DNA of 64,000 nt, taken from NCBI GenBank assembly GCA_040756875.1, contig JBFLYH010000001.1:384001-448000 (forward strand), given 5' to 3'. Below the pieces are notes generated by a model. The model was given only the letters and a program-made list of their open reading frames with translations, was not told the origin of the DNA and made no database searches. The position numbers were made by a program, and so were the translations under genes. The stretch comes from a candidate division FCPU426 bacterium. GTDB lineage: Bacteria; Oederibacteriota; JAAXVQ01; JAUVAV01. Of this stretch, positions 41,414 to 52,273 are shown piece by piece (within the stretch, counting starts at the first letter, position 1; each line of letters starts with the position of its first letter).

Positions 41414-42939
41414 GGCTGATCCTGAAAATCGCCTGGCGCAACCTGCTGCGCCACAAGGGCAAAAGCCTGGTGATCGGCGGCATTCTGTTCCTGGGCGCGC
41501 TGCTGATGACCGTGGGCAACGGCGTGATTTCAGGCATGGACCGCGGCATCGAACAAAACGTCGTCAACGGTTTTGTGGGCGATATTCTGGTCATATCGGA
41601 CAAACAGAAGTCCGACAATGTGCTCATCGACATGATGGGCTCGCTCATCGAACCCATCGCCAATTACCCCCAGATCAAACCGGTGCTGGCCGGCCTGCCC
41701 AACGTGGAATCGTTTCTGCCCGTGGGCAAAAACATGGGCATGGCGCTTTCCGACGACCCCAACGCCCAGCCCGGTTACATTTTTCTGCTCGGCGTGGATT
41801 TTGGCGTGTACCGGCGGATGTTTCCCGACAACATGTCCGCGCAGGAAGGGCGCCTGCTCGAACCCGGAGAGCCCGGGATCCTGGTTCCCAAGCACGCCCG
41901 GGAGCAGTTTTACAATTTTACCAACCGCTGGATCGTTCCCGAGGGCTGCAGCCTGGTGGAGGACAACCTGTCCAAGGACGCCAAGGAGAACCGGGCCGAC
42001 CTCCTGACCATGGACAGCGTGGTCATGATGGGGATGAATGTTGAAAACAGCTCCACCGACGTCCGTTTCCCGGTCAAAGGCATCATCAAGTACCGTGCCC
42101 TGGACACCATTCTCGGCCATTTCTGCATCACGGACATCGAATCCTACCGCGAATGCATGGGCTACTTTTCGGCTTCGGCGCAGAAGATACCGGTCGCCAA
42201 GGACAATCAGAACATCCTGGCCATGCAGGATTCCAACCTGGACGCGCTTTTCGCCTCCGACAACCTGATGGTCGACAACAACCGGCCAATGGTTCCGACT
42301 CCGGGCGCCGCGGCGGCGGCTTCCGCTCCCTTGACCGGCCAGGACATCGAGAGCGGCGTTTACAATCTCGTGTTCGTGAAGCTGAAAAACCACGGCCTCC
42401 AGGCGCAGACGCTGCAGGACCTCAACCGGGCCCTGGCCGAAGCGAAGACCGGCGCGCGCGCCATTTCCTGGAAAAAGGCCTTCGGGGTGATCGGCAGCAT
42501 GACCACGCTGATCAAAGGCGCGCTGACCCTCTTCGTCGGCTTTCTGTTCGTGGTGGCGATCATCATTATCATCAATACCCTGACCATGGCCGCCATGGAA
42601 CGGGTGCCTGAAATCGGAATGATGCGCGCCGTCGGCGCGCAAAAGCGGTTTATCCGCGCCATGTTTTTCGGCGAGACCGGCATGCTGGCCGCGGTTTTTG
42701 GCGGCGCCGGACTGCTCCTGGGCGCACTGACGGTCAATGTCATCACCCTGATGCACATCACCACCACCAATGATTTTGTGCAATTGCTCTATGGCGGGGA
42801 CACGTTCCGCCCCTTGCTCCGGTGGGGGGATCTCCTGGTCATCGTTGTGGAGATCGGGCTGGTGACGCTGATCGCGGCCCTGTATCCCGTGCGGGTGGCG
42901 AGCCAGATCAAACCCTTGGACGCGATTGCCCGTGACTGA
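41410..42939 (+). CDS. ABC permease, FtsX/LolC-E family
   Basis: N-terminal IAWRNLLRHK plus a TM helix, a large periplasmic region, then MERVPEIGMMRAVGA and C-terminal TMs; 4-nt overlap with the ATPase gene. Confidence 0.92.
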
Positions 42940-43014
42940 CGGGCGTGCACCCGCTTTAACGAAAACGGTTTCTCCCCTCACGGGGGAGGGGCTTCATGAA
43001 AGGATTTTATCGTT

Positions 43015-44793
43015 ATGTTTCTTCTCCTTCGCCTGAGCCTGCGCAACCTTTTCCGGCAAAAGCGGCGCAACCTGCTGCTGGGGTCGGCCATGGCCATCGG
43101 CGTGGCCCTGCTGGTGCTGGCCAACGCGTTTTCCAACGGCTTGACCGACATCATGATGAACAAGGTGTTGCGCTGGGTCACCGGCCACGTGACCATCGGC
43201 GTTTATGAACGCGGGCGCATGATGTCGCAGGTTTTTCGCGATAAGACGGTGTTCGATTTCGTCCGCAAGGACTTCAAGGATGTGCTCCTGGAGAGCGAAG
43301 AGGCCATCGGGGTCATGGTGCGGGGCATCGGCAATGGCAAGGCCGATAACCTGATCCTCGTAGGCGTTGACATTGATCCGAATGAGGTTTTAGACGAGAA
43401 AGCGCTCAAGGAGATGGAGGAATCCTTCCACCTGGTCCAGGGACGGTGGGAGGACCTCAACGACGCCCGGTATGAAAACCCTGTCATTCTTTCCGAAGAC
43501 CGCTGCCGCTACCTCAACCTCAAACTGCACGACGTGGTGCGTTTGCGGCTGCGGAACATCTTCGGCCAGGACCAGGCCGCGCGCGCGACCGTGGTCGGCA
43601 TCATGACCACCGGCAATATTTTCATGGGCCCGGTGGTGTTCGGCAACGTGGAACAGGTCAAAACCCTGCTGGGCTACGACGAGCATTCCTGCGGCTCCAT
43701 CAACCTGACCCTGAAGGAGCCGCAGAAAAACGCCCGCTGGGTGGCGGACGCCATTCACGACCGGCTCCAGGCGCCGGGGCTGGCGGCCATTGCCGGCACC
43801 GCCGAAGCGGAGGACGGGCGCCGCGCCCGCGCACTGGTCATGGGATTCAACGGCAATTCGACCGAGGCCCAGGCCCTGGCGGCGCACCTGGAGATCCTGG
43901 CCGGGAGCATGGAAAAAACGCGGCTGGACAAAGCCGCCTGGGTGGCGCAGCCTTTGGCGCGGGAACTGGGCGTGGGCGTGGGAAGCGCCCTTTCGGTGCG
44001 CTACACGGACAAGTGGGGCGCCCCCACGGGCAATTTTACCCTGCGTGTGGGGGGGATTTTTCGGCCGGGCAAGCAGTGGGATCCGCGCGCGATTCTGCTT
44101 ACGGATCATCGCTTTTACGAGGCGTTTTACGCCCACTGGCCGAGGCCCATCACGACGGCCGACGGGTTCGTGCTGCCGGGCAAGGACCATCCGGACTACG
44201 ACTTTCTCTCGCCAGAATGGATCATGCTGCCGCGTACGTACACCACCGAAGATATGATGAAAAAAGCGCGGGAACTCGGAAAAGGCAAATGGCATGCGAC
44301 GGTCATTGACATCGGCACCATGTATGAAACAGCCGAAGAAATCCTGAAAATGCAGGGCGTCCTGAATCTGATCACCATTGCGGCCGTGCTGGTCTTATTC
44401 GCCATCATTTTGATCGGCGTGGTCAATACGCTGCGCATGACCATCCGCGAAAGGACGCGGGAAATCGGCACGATCAGGGCCATCGGCATGCAGCGCTCGG
44501 ACGTGCGCAACGCGTTCATCTACGAGACCATGCTGCTGGCGTTCTTTTCGTCGATCATGGGCGTGCTGCTGGCGCTCCTGGCCATGTGGGGCCTGTCTTC
44601 CATCACGCTGAATATGTCGGACAACCCCATGGGTATGTTCCTGGTCAAAGGCCATTTGTATTTCCTGCCGACACTGGGCAGCGTGGCCGGCTACACGCTG
44701 CTGATCATGGTTCTGGCCGGCGCGACAGCCTGGTTTCCGGCCCGCCGGGCCGCGCGGCTTGCTCCCGGCGCGGCATTAAGGCATTCGGAATGA
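43015..44793 (+). CDS. ABC permease, FtsX/LolC-E family (enlarged periplasmic region)
   Basis: LSLRNLFRQKRR, RERTREIGTIRAIG, PARRAARL. Confidence 0.92.
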   Translation: MFLLLRLSLRNLFRQKRRNLLLGSAMAIGVALLVLANAFSNGLTDIMMNKVLRWVTGHVTIGVYERGRMMSQVFRDKTVFDFVRKDFKDVLLESEEAIGVMVRGIGNGKADNLILVGVDIDPNEVLDEKALKEMEESFHLVQGRWEDLNDARYENPVILSEDRCRYLNLKLHDVVRLRLRNIFGQDQAARATVVGIMTTGNIFMGPVVFGNVEQVKTLLGYDEHSCGSINLTLKEPQKNARWVADAIHDRLQAPGLAAIAGTAEAEDGRRARALVMGFNGNSTEAQALAAHLEILAGSMEKTRLDKAAWVAQPLARELGVGVGSALSVRYTDKWGAPTGNFTLRVGGIFRPGKQWDPRAILLTDHRFYEAFYAHWPRPITTADGFVLPGKDHPDYDFLSPEWIMLPRTYTTEDMMKKARELGKGKWHATVIDIGTMYETAEEILKMQGVLNLITIAAVLVLFAIILIGVVNTLRMTIRERTREIGTIRAIGMQRSDVRNAFIYETMLLAFFSSIMGVLLALLAMWGLSSITLNMSDNPMGMFLVKGHLYFLPTLGSVAGYTLLIMVLAGATAWFPARRAARLAPGAALRHSE

Positions 44794-44796
44794 AAC

Positions 44797-44835
44797 ATCC
44801 GACCTGTCAGGCGGGTCCGACAGGTCAGACCCGTC
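44797..44835. repeat. 9-bp-period intergenic repeat, same family as 30369-30407
   Basis: ATCCGACCT GTCAGGCGG GTCCGACAG GTCAGACCC GTC, just after the permease stop. Confidence 0.75.
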
Positions 44836-44854
44836 GAAAAGAAGGAGAAAAACG

Positions 44855-45622
44855 GTGAGAACAATCGGAATTGCGCTGCTCTTTGCATTGCTCGCGCCGC
44901 TTCCGGCCTTGGCGGCCGAGGGGCCGGTAACCGGCATCCTGCGCGCGATCGACCACAACTATGAAATGCGGACCGACGGCCGGGCCGACGTAACGGTGAC
45001 CCAGCAGAAGGTGGACCAAGGCACGAAGGTGTTCGGCATGCAGTACTTTCGCCGGGACGCGGACGATTCCTTCCTGATCGTCATGACCGCCCCGGAAAAC
45101 GAGAAGGGCAACGGTTACCTGCGCGTGGGCGACAATTTCTGGATGTATCGCCGCAACACCCGCACCTTCCAGCACATCAACCGCGACGAGAGCATCGGCG
45201 GCACGGACGCCCGCGGCGATGACTTCGAGGAACGGAAAATGATGGAAATGTACGCGCCTGTCCTCGACCCGCAGGGGGGGGAAGCCATCGCCGAGGACCG
45301 GCTGGGCCAGGTGCCGGTCTATCGCTTCGAAGTGCGCGCCAAAATCGAGGATGTGGATTATCCGAAGAAAATTTACTGGGTTAGGCGGGATAACAGCCTG
45401 ATTTTAAAGGAAGAAGCCTATTCGCTCTCCGGTACGCTTATGCAAACGGCCTATTACCTGAAATACACCCAGGTTCAGGGCGCCTTCGTGGCGGTCAAAT
45501 TCCTGGTGATCGATGAATTCGAAAAAGGGAACAAGACCGTGGTGGACATAGCGAATATTTCCACCCGAAAACTGGATGACGCCATTTTTACCAAGCCTTA
45601 TCTGGAGAACTTGAGCAAATGA
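44855..45622 (+). CDS. Outer-membrane lipoprotein-sorting (LolA-like) periplasmic protein
   Basis: Signal peptide; APENEKGNGYLRVGDNFWMY and SIGGTD..DD; lies next to the LolCDE-like ABC genes; GGAG RBS. Confidence 0.85.
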   Translation: MRTIGIALLFALLAPLPALAAEGPVTGILRAIDHNYEMRTDGRADVTVTQQKVDQGTKVFGMQYFRRDADDSFLIVMTAPENEKGNGYLRVGDNFWMYRRNTRTFQHINRDESIGGTDARGDDFEERKMMEMYAPVLDPQGGEAIAEDRLGQVPVYRFEVRAKIEDVDYPKKIYWVRRDNSLILKEEAYSLSGTLMQTAYYLKYTQVQGAFVAVKFLVIDEFEKGNKTVVDIANISTRKLDDAIFTKPYLENLSK

Positions 45623-46959
45623 AACGGGGCCTGATCCGTTTTTTTGCCGCCGTCCTGTTCATAGCCCTGGCGCTGCCGGTTGGAACCCGGGCTGATGACC
45701 GGCAGGCGCTGGAAGATTCGCTCTTCGACAACCCGGATGCCATGGTGCAGGCCCAGCCTGAACCCGACTCTTCGGCCATGCCCATGCCGGAGGAAAAAAC
45801 CGGGGTGGGATTCTCGGGCGAGATCACCAGCGTCATCGCGGATGCGCTCGGCCGCACCCAGGCTGCTGACACGCTGTATACCTATACGGTCGGCGACGTC
45901 TTTCTGGATGCCCGTCTGGCCCAGGGCGCCAAGGTTTTCGCCGACCTGGAAGCGATGTACTACGCCCAAACCCAGCTCACGCAGGTGTCGCTGCAGGAAT
46001 TCTTTTGCGACTTCAATTTCGACCGGGCCGTTTATTTTCGCGCCGGCAAGCAGGTGCTGCAGTGGGGGCGATGCACGCTCTGGAACCCCACGGACCTGGT
46101 CAACATCGACCGGCCGGTGTTCATCCGGCGGATCGGGACCCGCGAGGGCGCCTATGGCCTGAAGTTTCACGTGCCTTACGGGACCGTGTTCAATTTGTAC
46201 GGGTTTGTGGATACGGCGGCAGCCGTGTCCGCGGAAAAAACCGCCGTGGCCCTGAAAGCCGAATATCTGCTGGGCAATTTCGAAATGGCCTTTTCAGGCT
46301 GGGCGAAAAAAGGCTCGGTTCCCGTTTGGGGGGCTGATTTTTCCACGCGCGTTTTCGGCTTGGATCTCGTCGGTGAAGCCAGTGTTTCCCGGGGCGATTT
46401 GAAACCCAGGCTCGAAGTGAACGGCGGCGAGTTGCTGCTGCGCGAGGACCCGGAGGCTTGGCGTCCCCGCGTCAGCGCGAACCTTTCCCGGGGGTTCCGG
46501 GTGGGTGATTTCGACGACCGGCTGCTGGTGGCAGTCGAGGCTTATTACAACGGCGCCGGGCTGCCGGCTGACGTTCTATCCGATCAAACCGCCTACCCAT
46601 TGGCTGCCCCCTGGGTTGCAAGCGATGAAAGCGGGCAATTGCTGCCGGTCACTTCCGCCACCAGGAAAATGGCGCTCGAGTATTACCGGCTCCGCGAGCC
46701 CAACAATCTCTCGCCCTGGTATACCGCGGTGTTTGTGACGTTCAGCCGTTTTCTTTTGACGGATATGACGGCCACAGGAAATTACTTGCGCAATCTGCTC
46801 GATCAGTCCAGCGTGGCCAGCGTGGGCCTCACCTACAGCCGCCTGAACGGATTCAGCATCGGTGCCCTGGTCAACGCCTACTTCGGCGAACCGGAGCGGG
46901 AATACACTGTGGACGGCGGGAAACTGGAAGGCCAGCTGACTTTTTCCCTGGTGTTTTAA
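45619..46959 (+). CDS. Putative outer-membrane beta-barrel protein
   Basis: Signal peptide, RAGKQVLQWG...WNPTD, alternating aromatic strands and a terminal Phe. Confidence 0.8.
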   Translation: MKRGLIRFFAAVLFIALALPVGTRADDRQALEDSLFDNPDAMVQAQPEPDSSAMPMPEEKTGVGFSGEITSVIADALGRTQAADTLYTYTVGDVFLDARLAQGAKVFADLEAMYYAQTQLTQVSLQEFFCDFNFDRAVYFRAGKQVLQWGRCTLWNPTDLVNIDRPVFIRRIGTREGAYGLKFHVPYGTVFNLYGFVDTAAAVSAEKTAVALKAEYLLGNFEMAFSGWAKKGSVPVWGADFSTRVFGLDLVGEASVSRGDLKPRLEVNGGELLLREDPEAWRPRVSANLSRGFRVGDFDDRLLVAVEAYYNGAGLPADVLSDQTAYPLAAPWVASDESGQLLPVTSATRKMALEYYRLREPNNLSPWYTAVFVTFSRFLLTDMTATGNYLRNLLDQSSVASVGLTYSRLNGFSIGALVNAYFGEPEREYTVDGGKLEGQLTFSLVF

Positions 46960-46998
46960 GCCTCGCAGAGAAATCATACGAGAAACAGGAGAAGCTGG

Positions 46999-47904
46999 AT
47001 GTCCAAACTGAAGGCTTATTTATTGGAATTAAGGGCGCCCTTTCTGACTGTGAGCATATTGCCGGTGGCCGTGGGTACGGCCGCGGCTTTTTACCGGAAT
47101 CGCAACGTGGAATGGCTGGATTTCATCCTGGTGCTGGCGACGTTTGTTTTTCTTCACCTGGGGGCTAATGTCTGGAACGATTATTGGGATGACCGCAACG
47201 GGACTGACCGCGTGAACGGGGAGTTTGTTTTTCCCTTTACCGGAGGCAGCCGTTTGCTCCAGCAAGGTCTGTTGCGACCGGGCGAAGTCTGGGGCTTGGG
47301 CGCAGTCATGTATGCGGCCGCCCTGATTACGGGCGGTATGCTGGCAGCCAGGCACGGTTACGGATTGTGGGCCGTATGGCTGGCGGGGATGCTTTCCGGC
47401 GCGTTTTACACGGCGCCGCCGTTCAAGTGGGTGCATAAGGGCTGGGGGGAATTCCTGGTGGGTTTCAGTTTCGGCCCCTTGCCGGTCGCCACGGCTTATT
47501 TCATCCAAACCGGCCGCCTGGACCCATGGCTGCTTTTGCTTTCGCTGCCCCTGGGGTTCCTGGCTGCCGCCATTTTGTTCATCAACCAGTTTCCTGATTA
47601 CCGTGCGGACAAGGCCAGCGGGAAGCACCATTGGGTGGTTCGCCTCGGACGGGCGAACGCCCGTTGGCTGTTTTTTGGATTGCTCGCCGCCGCCTACGCA
47701 GCCCTGGCCTTCCTGCCGGCAACGGGCGCGGGCTTGCGCCTGCTCTGGATGGCGTTCATCGGCCTTCCGCTCGCCGTTCTGGCCTTGAAGGTTTTATGGG
47801 CAAACCACTCCGACTCCTCCAAACTCGCGCCAGCCTGCATTTCCACCATCGCCCTGCATCTGGTCACCACTCTGGCATTGTGCGGAGTTCTGATTTTCAG
47901 CTGA
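46999..47904 (+). CDS. menA: UbiA-family prenyltransferase, MenA-like
   Basis: ELRAPFL, NVWNDYWD..GTD, YTAPP, NQFPDYRAD...GK; multi-TM. Confidence 0.75.
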   Translation: MSKLKAYLLELRAPFLTVSILPVAVGTAAAFYRNRNVEWLDFILVLATFVFLHLGANVWNDYWDDRNGTDRVNGEFVFPFTGGSRLLQQGLLRPGEVWGLGAVMYAAALITGGMLAARHGYGLWAVWLAGMLSGAFYTAPPFKWVHKGWGEFLVGFSFGPLPVATAYFIQTGRLDPWLLLLSLPLGFLAAAILFINQFPDYRADKASGKHHWVVRLGRANARWLFFGLLAAAYAALAFLPATGAGLRLLWMAFIGLPLAVLALKVLWANHSDSSKLAPACISTIALHLVTTLALCGVLIFS

Positions 47905-47918
47905 ACCGTCCGGAACCA

Positions 47919-48329
47919 TTATTCCAGGGAATGAACCTGGAATAAAGACGCGTACTGCTTGTCCTGTCCCTGAATATGTCCGAACCACCACTTTTTCAGG
48001 AAATCCAGCACATCCAAAGACAGCGATTTGGCTCCGTTTTGCGCCAGGGCCGCCCGGATGGCGGAGGTTTTAAAGGACATCCAACGGTGGAGAGCGCGGT
48101 GACTTTGCAGGTGCGGGTAGGCAAGGCTTTCCAGCAGGGATTCTTCGGCCTCGAAATGGGTTTGCGTATATTCGGCAAGCTGGTCGAGCAGCTTGGGTAG
48201 CAGATGGGTCGGCTGGTCGCCGTGCAGGATATCGTAGAGGCTGTTGATCAATGAAATGATCGTTTGGTGCTGCTGATCGAGCACCGGATGGTTGACACTG
48301 AAGGTTTGATTCCAAATGAGCAATTTCAT
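47919..48329 (-). CDS. Bacteriohemerythrin
   Basis: W...FSV...LDQQH, HFEAEE, YP....H...H, WWFGHIQGQD. Confidence 0.92.
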   Translation of the reverse strand: MKLLIWNQTFSVNHPVLDQQHQTIISLINSLYDILHGDQPTHLLPKLLDQLAEYTQTHFEAEESLLESLAYPHLQSHRALHRWMSFKTSAIRAALAQNGAKSLSLDVLDFLKKWWFGHIQGQDKQYASLFQVHSLE

Positions 48330-48490
48330 GGGGCCGCACCCGTCAATACGAAGGTCAGTATAAGTATCGTGACATTCCCAGGGCGGATAAGCGGATTATT
48401 TGTTGCAATTCGTGCCGGAAGCGCTAATTGGAGGCCGGGAAGTGACGTTAATGACAAAGAGAAGGAACCCGGAGCTTGGCAAACCAAAGG

Positions 48491-49252
48491 ATGTCAAACG
48501 TGAACAACCTGCGGGAGTTTGCGTCGCCGGAAAGCCTGTATTTGATGTTTGTCGACGGCAGCCAGCTTTATCTGACGCGCGAACATATTGACAAGGCGGC
48601 TGCCCGCTTTTGGGAGGATCCGGCCGCCCTGTCCGATTCTGTTAAAGCGGCGGCGGAATTCAAGCGTTGCGAGGGCTGCACCCTGGAAGCGGGGGAGGGG
48701 ATTTGCGACGCCCTGCGGCCGGTGCTGCCGTTGCTGGAGCATATCGACAAGTTCACCTCCGTTGACCCGGTGCAAGTGGTGTATACAGGGCACGATCCCG
48801 ACATCCTGCATTTTTCCCATACCGATGCCCAGACGGCGTTGGCCTATGTCTCCCTGCTCAGCCTGATTCATTATTGCCGGGCCGGTCGCAAGTTCAGAAA
48901 ATACTTTTACGACATCACTCCGCTGATATCGGCCTCGGACCTGGCCCGCCGTCTCTATCTCAATATTTACTGGCTCTACCAGGGCAATGCCGGGGAGATC
49001 AAAGCGGTCATTACACACTTCAGCGAAAGCATTCGGCAGCTCAGCCAAAACCAAGTCAGGCGGTTGAGTTTGATTTCGAAAAATGATGTTTTCAACAATG
49101 CCTTGGTTAAAACGCATACAGCCACGGCCCTGCTCATGCTGGGAATTGAAAAACAAACGGCGCAGGCGTTCGCACGGTATGAGGAAACCGGTTTTTCTGC
49201 CTCTCCGCCGCGCAAGGATAACCCGCCCAGTCCGGACATGCTCGCCTCCTGA
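48491..49252 (+). CDS. Hypothetical Cys-containing protein (DUF6901-like)
   Basis: CEGCTL..GIC cluster plus a later YC; 253-aa ORF between the hemerythrin and nitroreductase genes. The family name is tentative. Confidence 0.65.
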   Translation: MSNVNNLREFASPESLYLMFVDGSQLYLTREHIDKAAARFWEDPAALSDSVKAAAEFKRCEGCTLEAGEGICDALRPVLPLLEHIDKFTSVDPVQVVYTGHDPDILHFSHTDAQTALAYVSLLSLIHYCRAGRKFRKYFYDITPLISASDLARRLYLNIYWLYQGNAGEIKAVITHFSESIRQLSQNQVRRLSLISKNDVFNNALVKTHTATALLMLGIEKQTAQAFARYEETGFSASPPRKDNPPSPDMLAS

Positions 49253-49346
49253 ATGAACAAGCAGGGCCATCGGCCTGCTTGCATCCTCGCTTAAAAGCGG
49301 CGATAATAGCCTCCAGCCTGTACTCCCTGGATTTGGAGGATAAAAA

Positions 49347-49910
49347 ATGAATCCTGTGCTGGATGCCATTCATCAACGCCGGTCAGTCCGCTGGTACGAA
49401 AACAAGCCTATCCCATTGCCGATTTTGGAAACCATTGTCCAGGCCGGCAATGCCGCGCCTTCCGGAAACAACGGGCAACCCTGGCGGTTCGTCGTGGTCA
49501 CGGACCAGGCTTTCAGGCAGAAGCTCGCCCACCTGGCTTTGCCGAGATACAAACACTGGATCTCGCGGGCTTCGGAAGACCTGCAGGCGCGGCGCCGGGA
49601 GATCGACGCCAAAGTGATGGATCCGGTGTATTATGAAGCGCCGGCGATCATCTTTGTCCTGGGCGGGGGTATGTCCAGCGATCTGGATTGTCCCATGGCT
49701 TGCCTCAATATGATGCTGGCGGCCCGTTCGCTGGGTATTGGCAGCTGTTGGGTGTATTTCGGCCAGCTTGTGACCGATGACCCGGAGATTCGCCAGGCGC
49801 TCGAAGTGAAGGAAGGGGAGAAGGTTTTCGGCCCGATTGTGCTGGGCTATCCCCGGGGTGAATTTCCGGAAGCTCCCGCCAAGAAGGCCCCGGCGATAAA
49901 ATGGATATAA
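49347..49910 (+). CDS. Nitroreductase family protein
   Basis: RRSVRWY, APSGNNGQPWRF, NMMLAARSLGIGSCW; GGAGG RBS. Confidence 0.95.
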   Translation: MNPVLDAIHQRRSVRWYENKPIPLPILETIVQAGNAAPSGNNGQPWRFVVVTDQAFRQKLAHLALPRYKHWISRASEDLQARRREIDAKVMDPVYYEAPAIIFVLGGGMSSDLDCPMACLNMMLAARSLGIGSCWVYFGQLVTDDPEIRQALEVKEGEKVFGPIVLGYPRGEFPEAPAKKAPAIKWI

Positions 49911-50008
49911 CTCCTACGCAGAAAATACACGGTTGAAATCCGGAGGTTTTTCCGGAATCTGTTTTTAACTGCGGGAACCCCCGGCCGAAGTCTTCCTCGC
50001 GGAGAGTT

Positions 50009-50224
50009 TCACGCGCCTGTCAAAGGTCCCACTCTTTCCAGTTCGCCTGGCAGCAAATCCGTCGGGACTTGGTTGAAACCGATTTTGGATCCGACCTGAT
50101 AACGGGCGCAACTCTGAAAATCGTGCATGCAATAGCGAATCTTGTAAAGGGAAGCAAAACGCGGCGGATTAATGGTTTGATCGGAAAAAAATGGGCAGGT
50201 TTTAAACCGCGGGCACTCCTCCAT
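50009..50224 (-). CDS. Small 4-Cys hypothetical protein (paralog A)
   Basis: CPRFKTCPFF..P....LYKIRYC....CARY.V...VPTDLLP; homologous to its neighbour; GAGGTG RBS before ATG 50224. Confidence 0.8.
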   Translation of the reverse strand: MEECPRFKTCPFFSDQTINPPRFASLYKIRYCMHDFQSCARYQVGSKIGFNQVPTDLLPGELERVGPLTGA

Positions 50225-50439
50225 GGCGCTCACCTCGGTTTCCCGGTAATCACCGAGCAGCCGCTTTTTCTACAACCGTTTCATACCTTCATTATATCCT
50301 ACCTGAAATATGAAACAAGGTCCTTTTACACGCGGATCTGCGTAATGTCGAAACCACCAGTCGAAACCCGCTGCGGCAACCACAGGAAGTCCCTGAAGGA
50401 CAAGCCGCGAGGTTTTGGCGAGAGGCGACGAAAACAGGG

Positions 50440-50658
50440 TCAGTTGTTAGCGATGAATTCGTGAGCTTTCTGCATTTGGTTGGGCAAGAGGTCCTCGGGA
50501 ACCGCTTTGACGCCCAATACTTGAGCTACCAGATACCGGGCACAGGTATCAAATTGGTTCATGCAGAAACTGATTTTATATAGTAGGGTTAACGAAGGCA
50601 TGTTTTTCATCTTCTCATTGTAGAAAGGGCATTCTCTGGCGCGGGGGCAGTCACTCAT
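50440..50658 (-). CDS. Small 4-Cys hypothetical protein (paralog B)
   Basis: CPRARECPFY..P....LYKISFC....CARY.V...VPEDLLP; GGAGA RBS. Confidence 0.82.
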   Translation of the reverse strand: MSDCPRARECPFYNEKMKNMPSLTLLYKISFCMNQFDTCARYLVAQVLGVKAVPEDLLPNQMQKAHEFIANN

Positions 50659-50893
50659 ATATTCTCCACCACTTGTCAATATTGTTAACTATACAATAAA
50701 AAGGGCGGTCACACAATCCAAAAAATGAATAATGACATTATATTAAAAAGATAAAAATAAATTTATTAAAAATGACCAATTAATTACGATGCTGCCATGT
50801 ATAAAAAAATGGTTATATCTACGGCAATATGCACGTGTATATGTCATGCTCAATAAACCAGGCGATGTTCAAGGGAGTATTTTCTGACAGGTC

Positions 50894-52273
50894 CTATTTA
50901 TGCAGTTTTACGATGACTGCTTTCTTGGAAGGGAAAGAACGGATTTCTCCATTGGCCAATTCCAGACGTAATTGGTAGATATAAACGCCTGGTGCCGCAT
51001 TCCTGAGGGACCATAGGCTGCGGCCCAATCCCGCCTGAGCGTGTTCCTGCCTTATGGTTTTTACCTTTTCGCCGGCTACGTTGAAAATGTCGATGATCGA
51101 AGTTCCGGCCGAAGGCAAAAGATAATGAAAATACAAGGTGTCGCCCGTGGCAGGCTGGGGGAAAGCGATCACGTCTTTCTCGCTTGATACCAGGGCCTGG
51201 GAGGTGGAAGAAGGCGTGGCCGATACAAACAGGGTCGGAGTGGGTGTGGCGGTCGTTGAAGGGCTTATCGTGCTGGTGGGTGAAATGCTGGCTGTGGGAG
51301 AGTGAGTGAGCGTCGGCGGTTGGGTGAAGGTCGCGGAAGGCACGGGGGTGAGGGTGACCGTGGCCGTGGGCGTTGCCGTAAACGTGCCGGGTGGAGTCGC
51401 GGAAGCTGTCGGCGTGGGACTGCTGGTGCGCGTGGGCGTGACCGTACGCGTGGGCGTGGCGGTGGCGGTTGGCGTATGCGTATCCGTGACGGTCACGGTG
51501 GGCGTGGGCGGGTCAGCGCCGGCCAGGAAATTTTGCATGATTTCGGAGGCGGACAACGCCCGGTTGTATACCGCAGCCAGGTAAATGTCGCCCAGCCAGG
51601 AGCGGTCGTCCCAGGAAAGCTCGTTGGCCAGGGCGAACTGGTAGCTGGAGTCCCAAGTGGAGAGATCGCCGGTTTTGCTCATGTGCGTATTCGAAATGCC
51701 GTCGACGTAAATGTCCAATTGCCCCGCGTTGTCGAAGGTCGCGGCCACATGGTGCAGGTCGACGGAAAGCGCGTTGCTGGTGCTGTACAAATAGGGGCTG
51801 CCATTCAGCGTGGAGGTCGAGGTCCGAAGCCGCCACACGAGGGTGTCCTGGCTTTGGCCGAGCGTGAAATTCCGGTAACTGCCGTCCAAGGACAGAGTGA
51901 GAATGCGCGCCGGCCCGCCCTGAGTGATGTTCGCCGGGATAACCCAGGCTTCGACCGTGATCTGGTTGGTGCTCATGCAGGCATTGATGATTTTGGTTCC
52001 GGCCCCGACCGAGGCGAAGACCGTGGTGGTGTTCACGCGCACGCCGCCCGTGATCCAGGTCGTGGCGGTCGGAGTGTTGTTGTAGATTTCCAGCGGCGGC
52101 GCCACGCCGGATACGTCGTGGACGGTCGTGCCGCTGCCTTCCTCCAGCGTATACAAGGCGACCAAGCCGCTGGTCACCCGGTCCGCATTCGCCGGCAGCC
52201 CGAAGCTGAAAACTCCGCCGCCTGCCAGGATCAGGACGGCGGCTATATGTCCGAAGCGGTTGTGCCTCATCAT
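50894..52273 (-). CDS. Secreted LamG/concanavalin-like domain protein with Thr/Pro linker and T9SS type-A-like C-terminal domain
   Basis: Signal peptide; GLVALY.LEEGSG, ITVEAW, HHVAATFD, AVYNRALS; long PT-rich linker; C-terminal AFPQP...IDIFNVAGEKV...APGVYIY...K.VIVK. Confidence 0.88.
   Translation of the reverse strand: MMRHNRFGHIAAVLILAGGGVFSFGLPANADRVTSGLVALYTLEEGSGTTVHDVSGVAPPLEIYNNTPTATTWITGGVRVNTTTVFASVGAGTKIINACMSTNQITVEAWVIPANITQGGPARILTLSLDGSYRNFTLGQSQDTLVWRLRTSTSTLNGSPYLYSTSNALSVDLHHVAATFDNAGQLDIYVDGISNTHMSKTGDLSTWDSSYQFALANELSWDDRSWLGDIYLAAVYNRALSASEIMQNFLAGADPPTPTVTVTDTHTPTATATPTRTVTPTRTSSPTPTASATPPGTFTATPTATVTLTPVPSATFTQPPTLTHSPTASISPTSTISPSTTATPTPTLFVSATPSSTSQALVSSEKDVIAFPQPATGDTLYFHYLLPSAGTSIIDIFNVAGEKVKTIRQEHAQAGLGRSLWSLRNAAPGVYIYQLRLELANGEIRSFPSKKAVIVKLHK

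Noticed and set aside
50345-50435. Cyclic-di-GMP-I riboswitch between the Cys-protein paralogs
   Set aside because: Some hairpin potential and GGTTGCC on the minus strand, but the GGCAAA/GAAA/GACGCAAA core is missing; an Infernal search would settle it.
51230-51520. Tandem DNA repeat or plus-strand ORFs
   Set aside because: Explained by the Thr/Pro linker of the minus-strand LamG gene.
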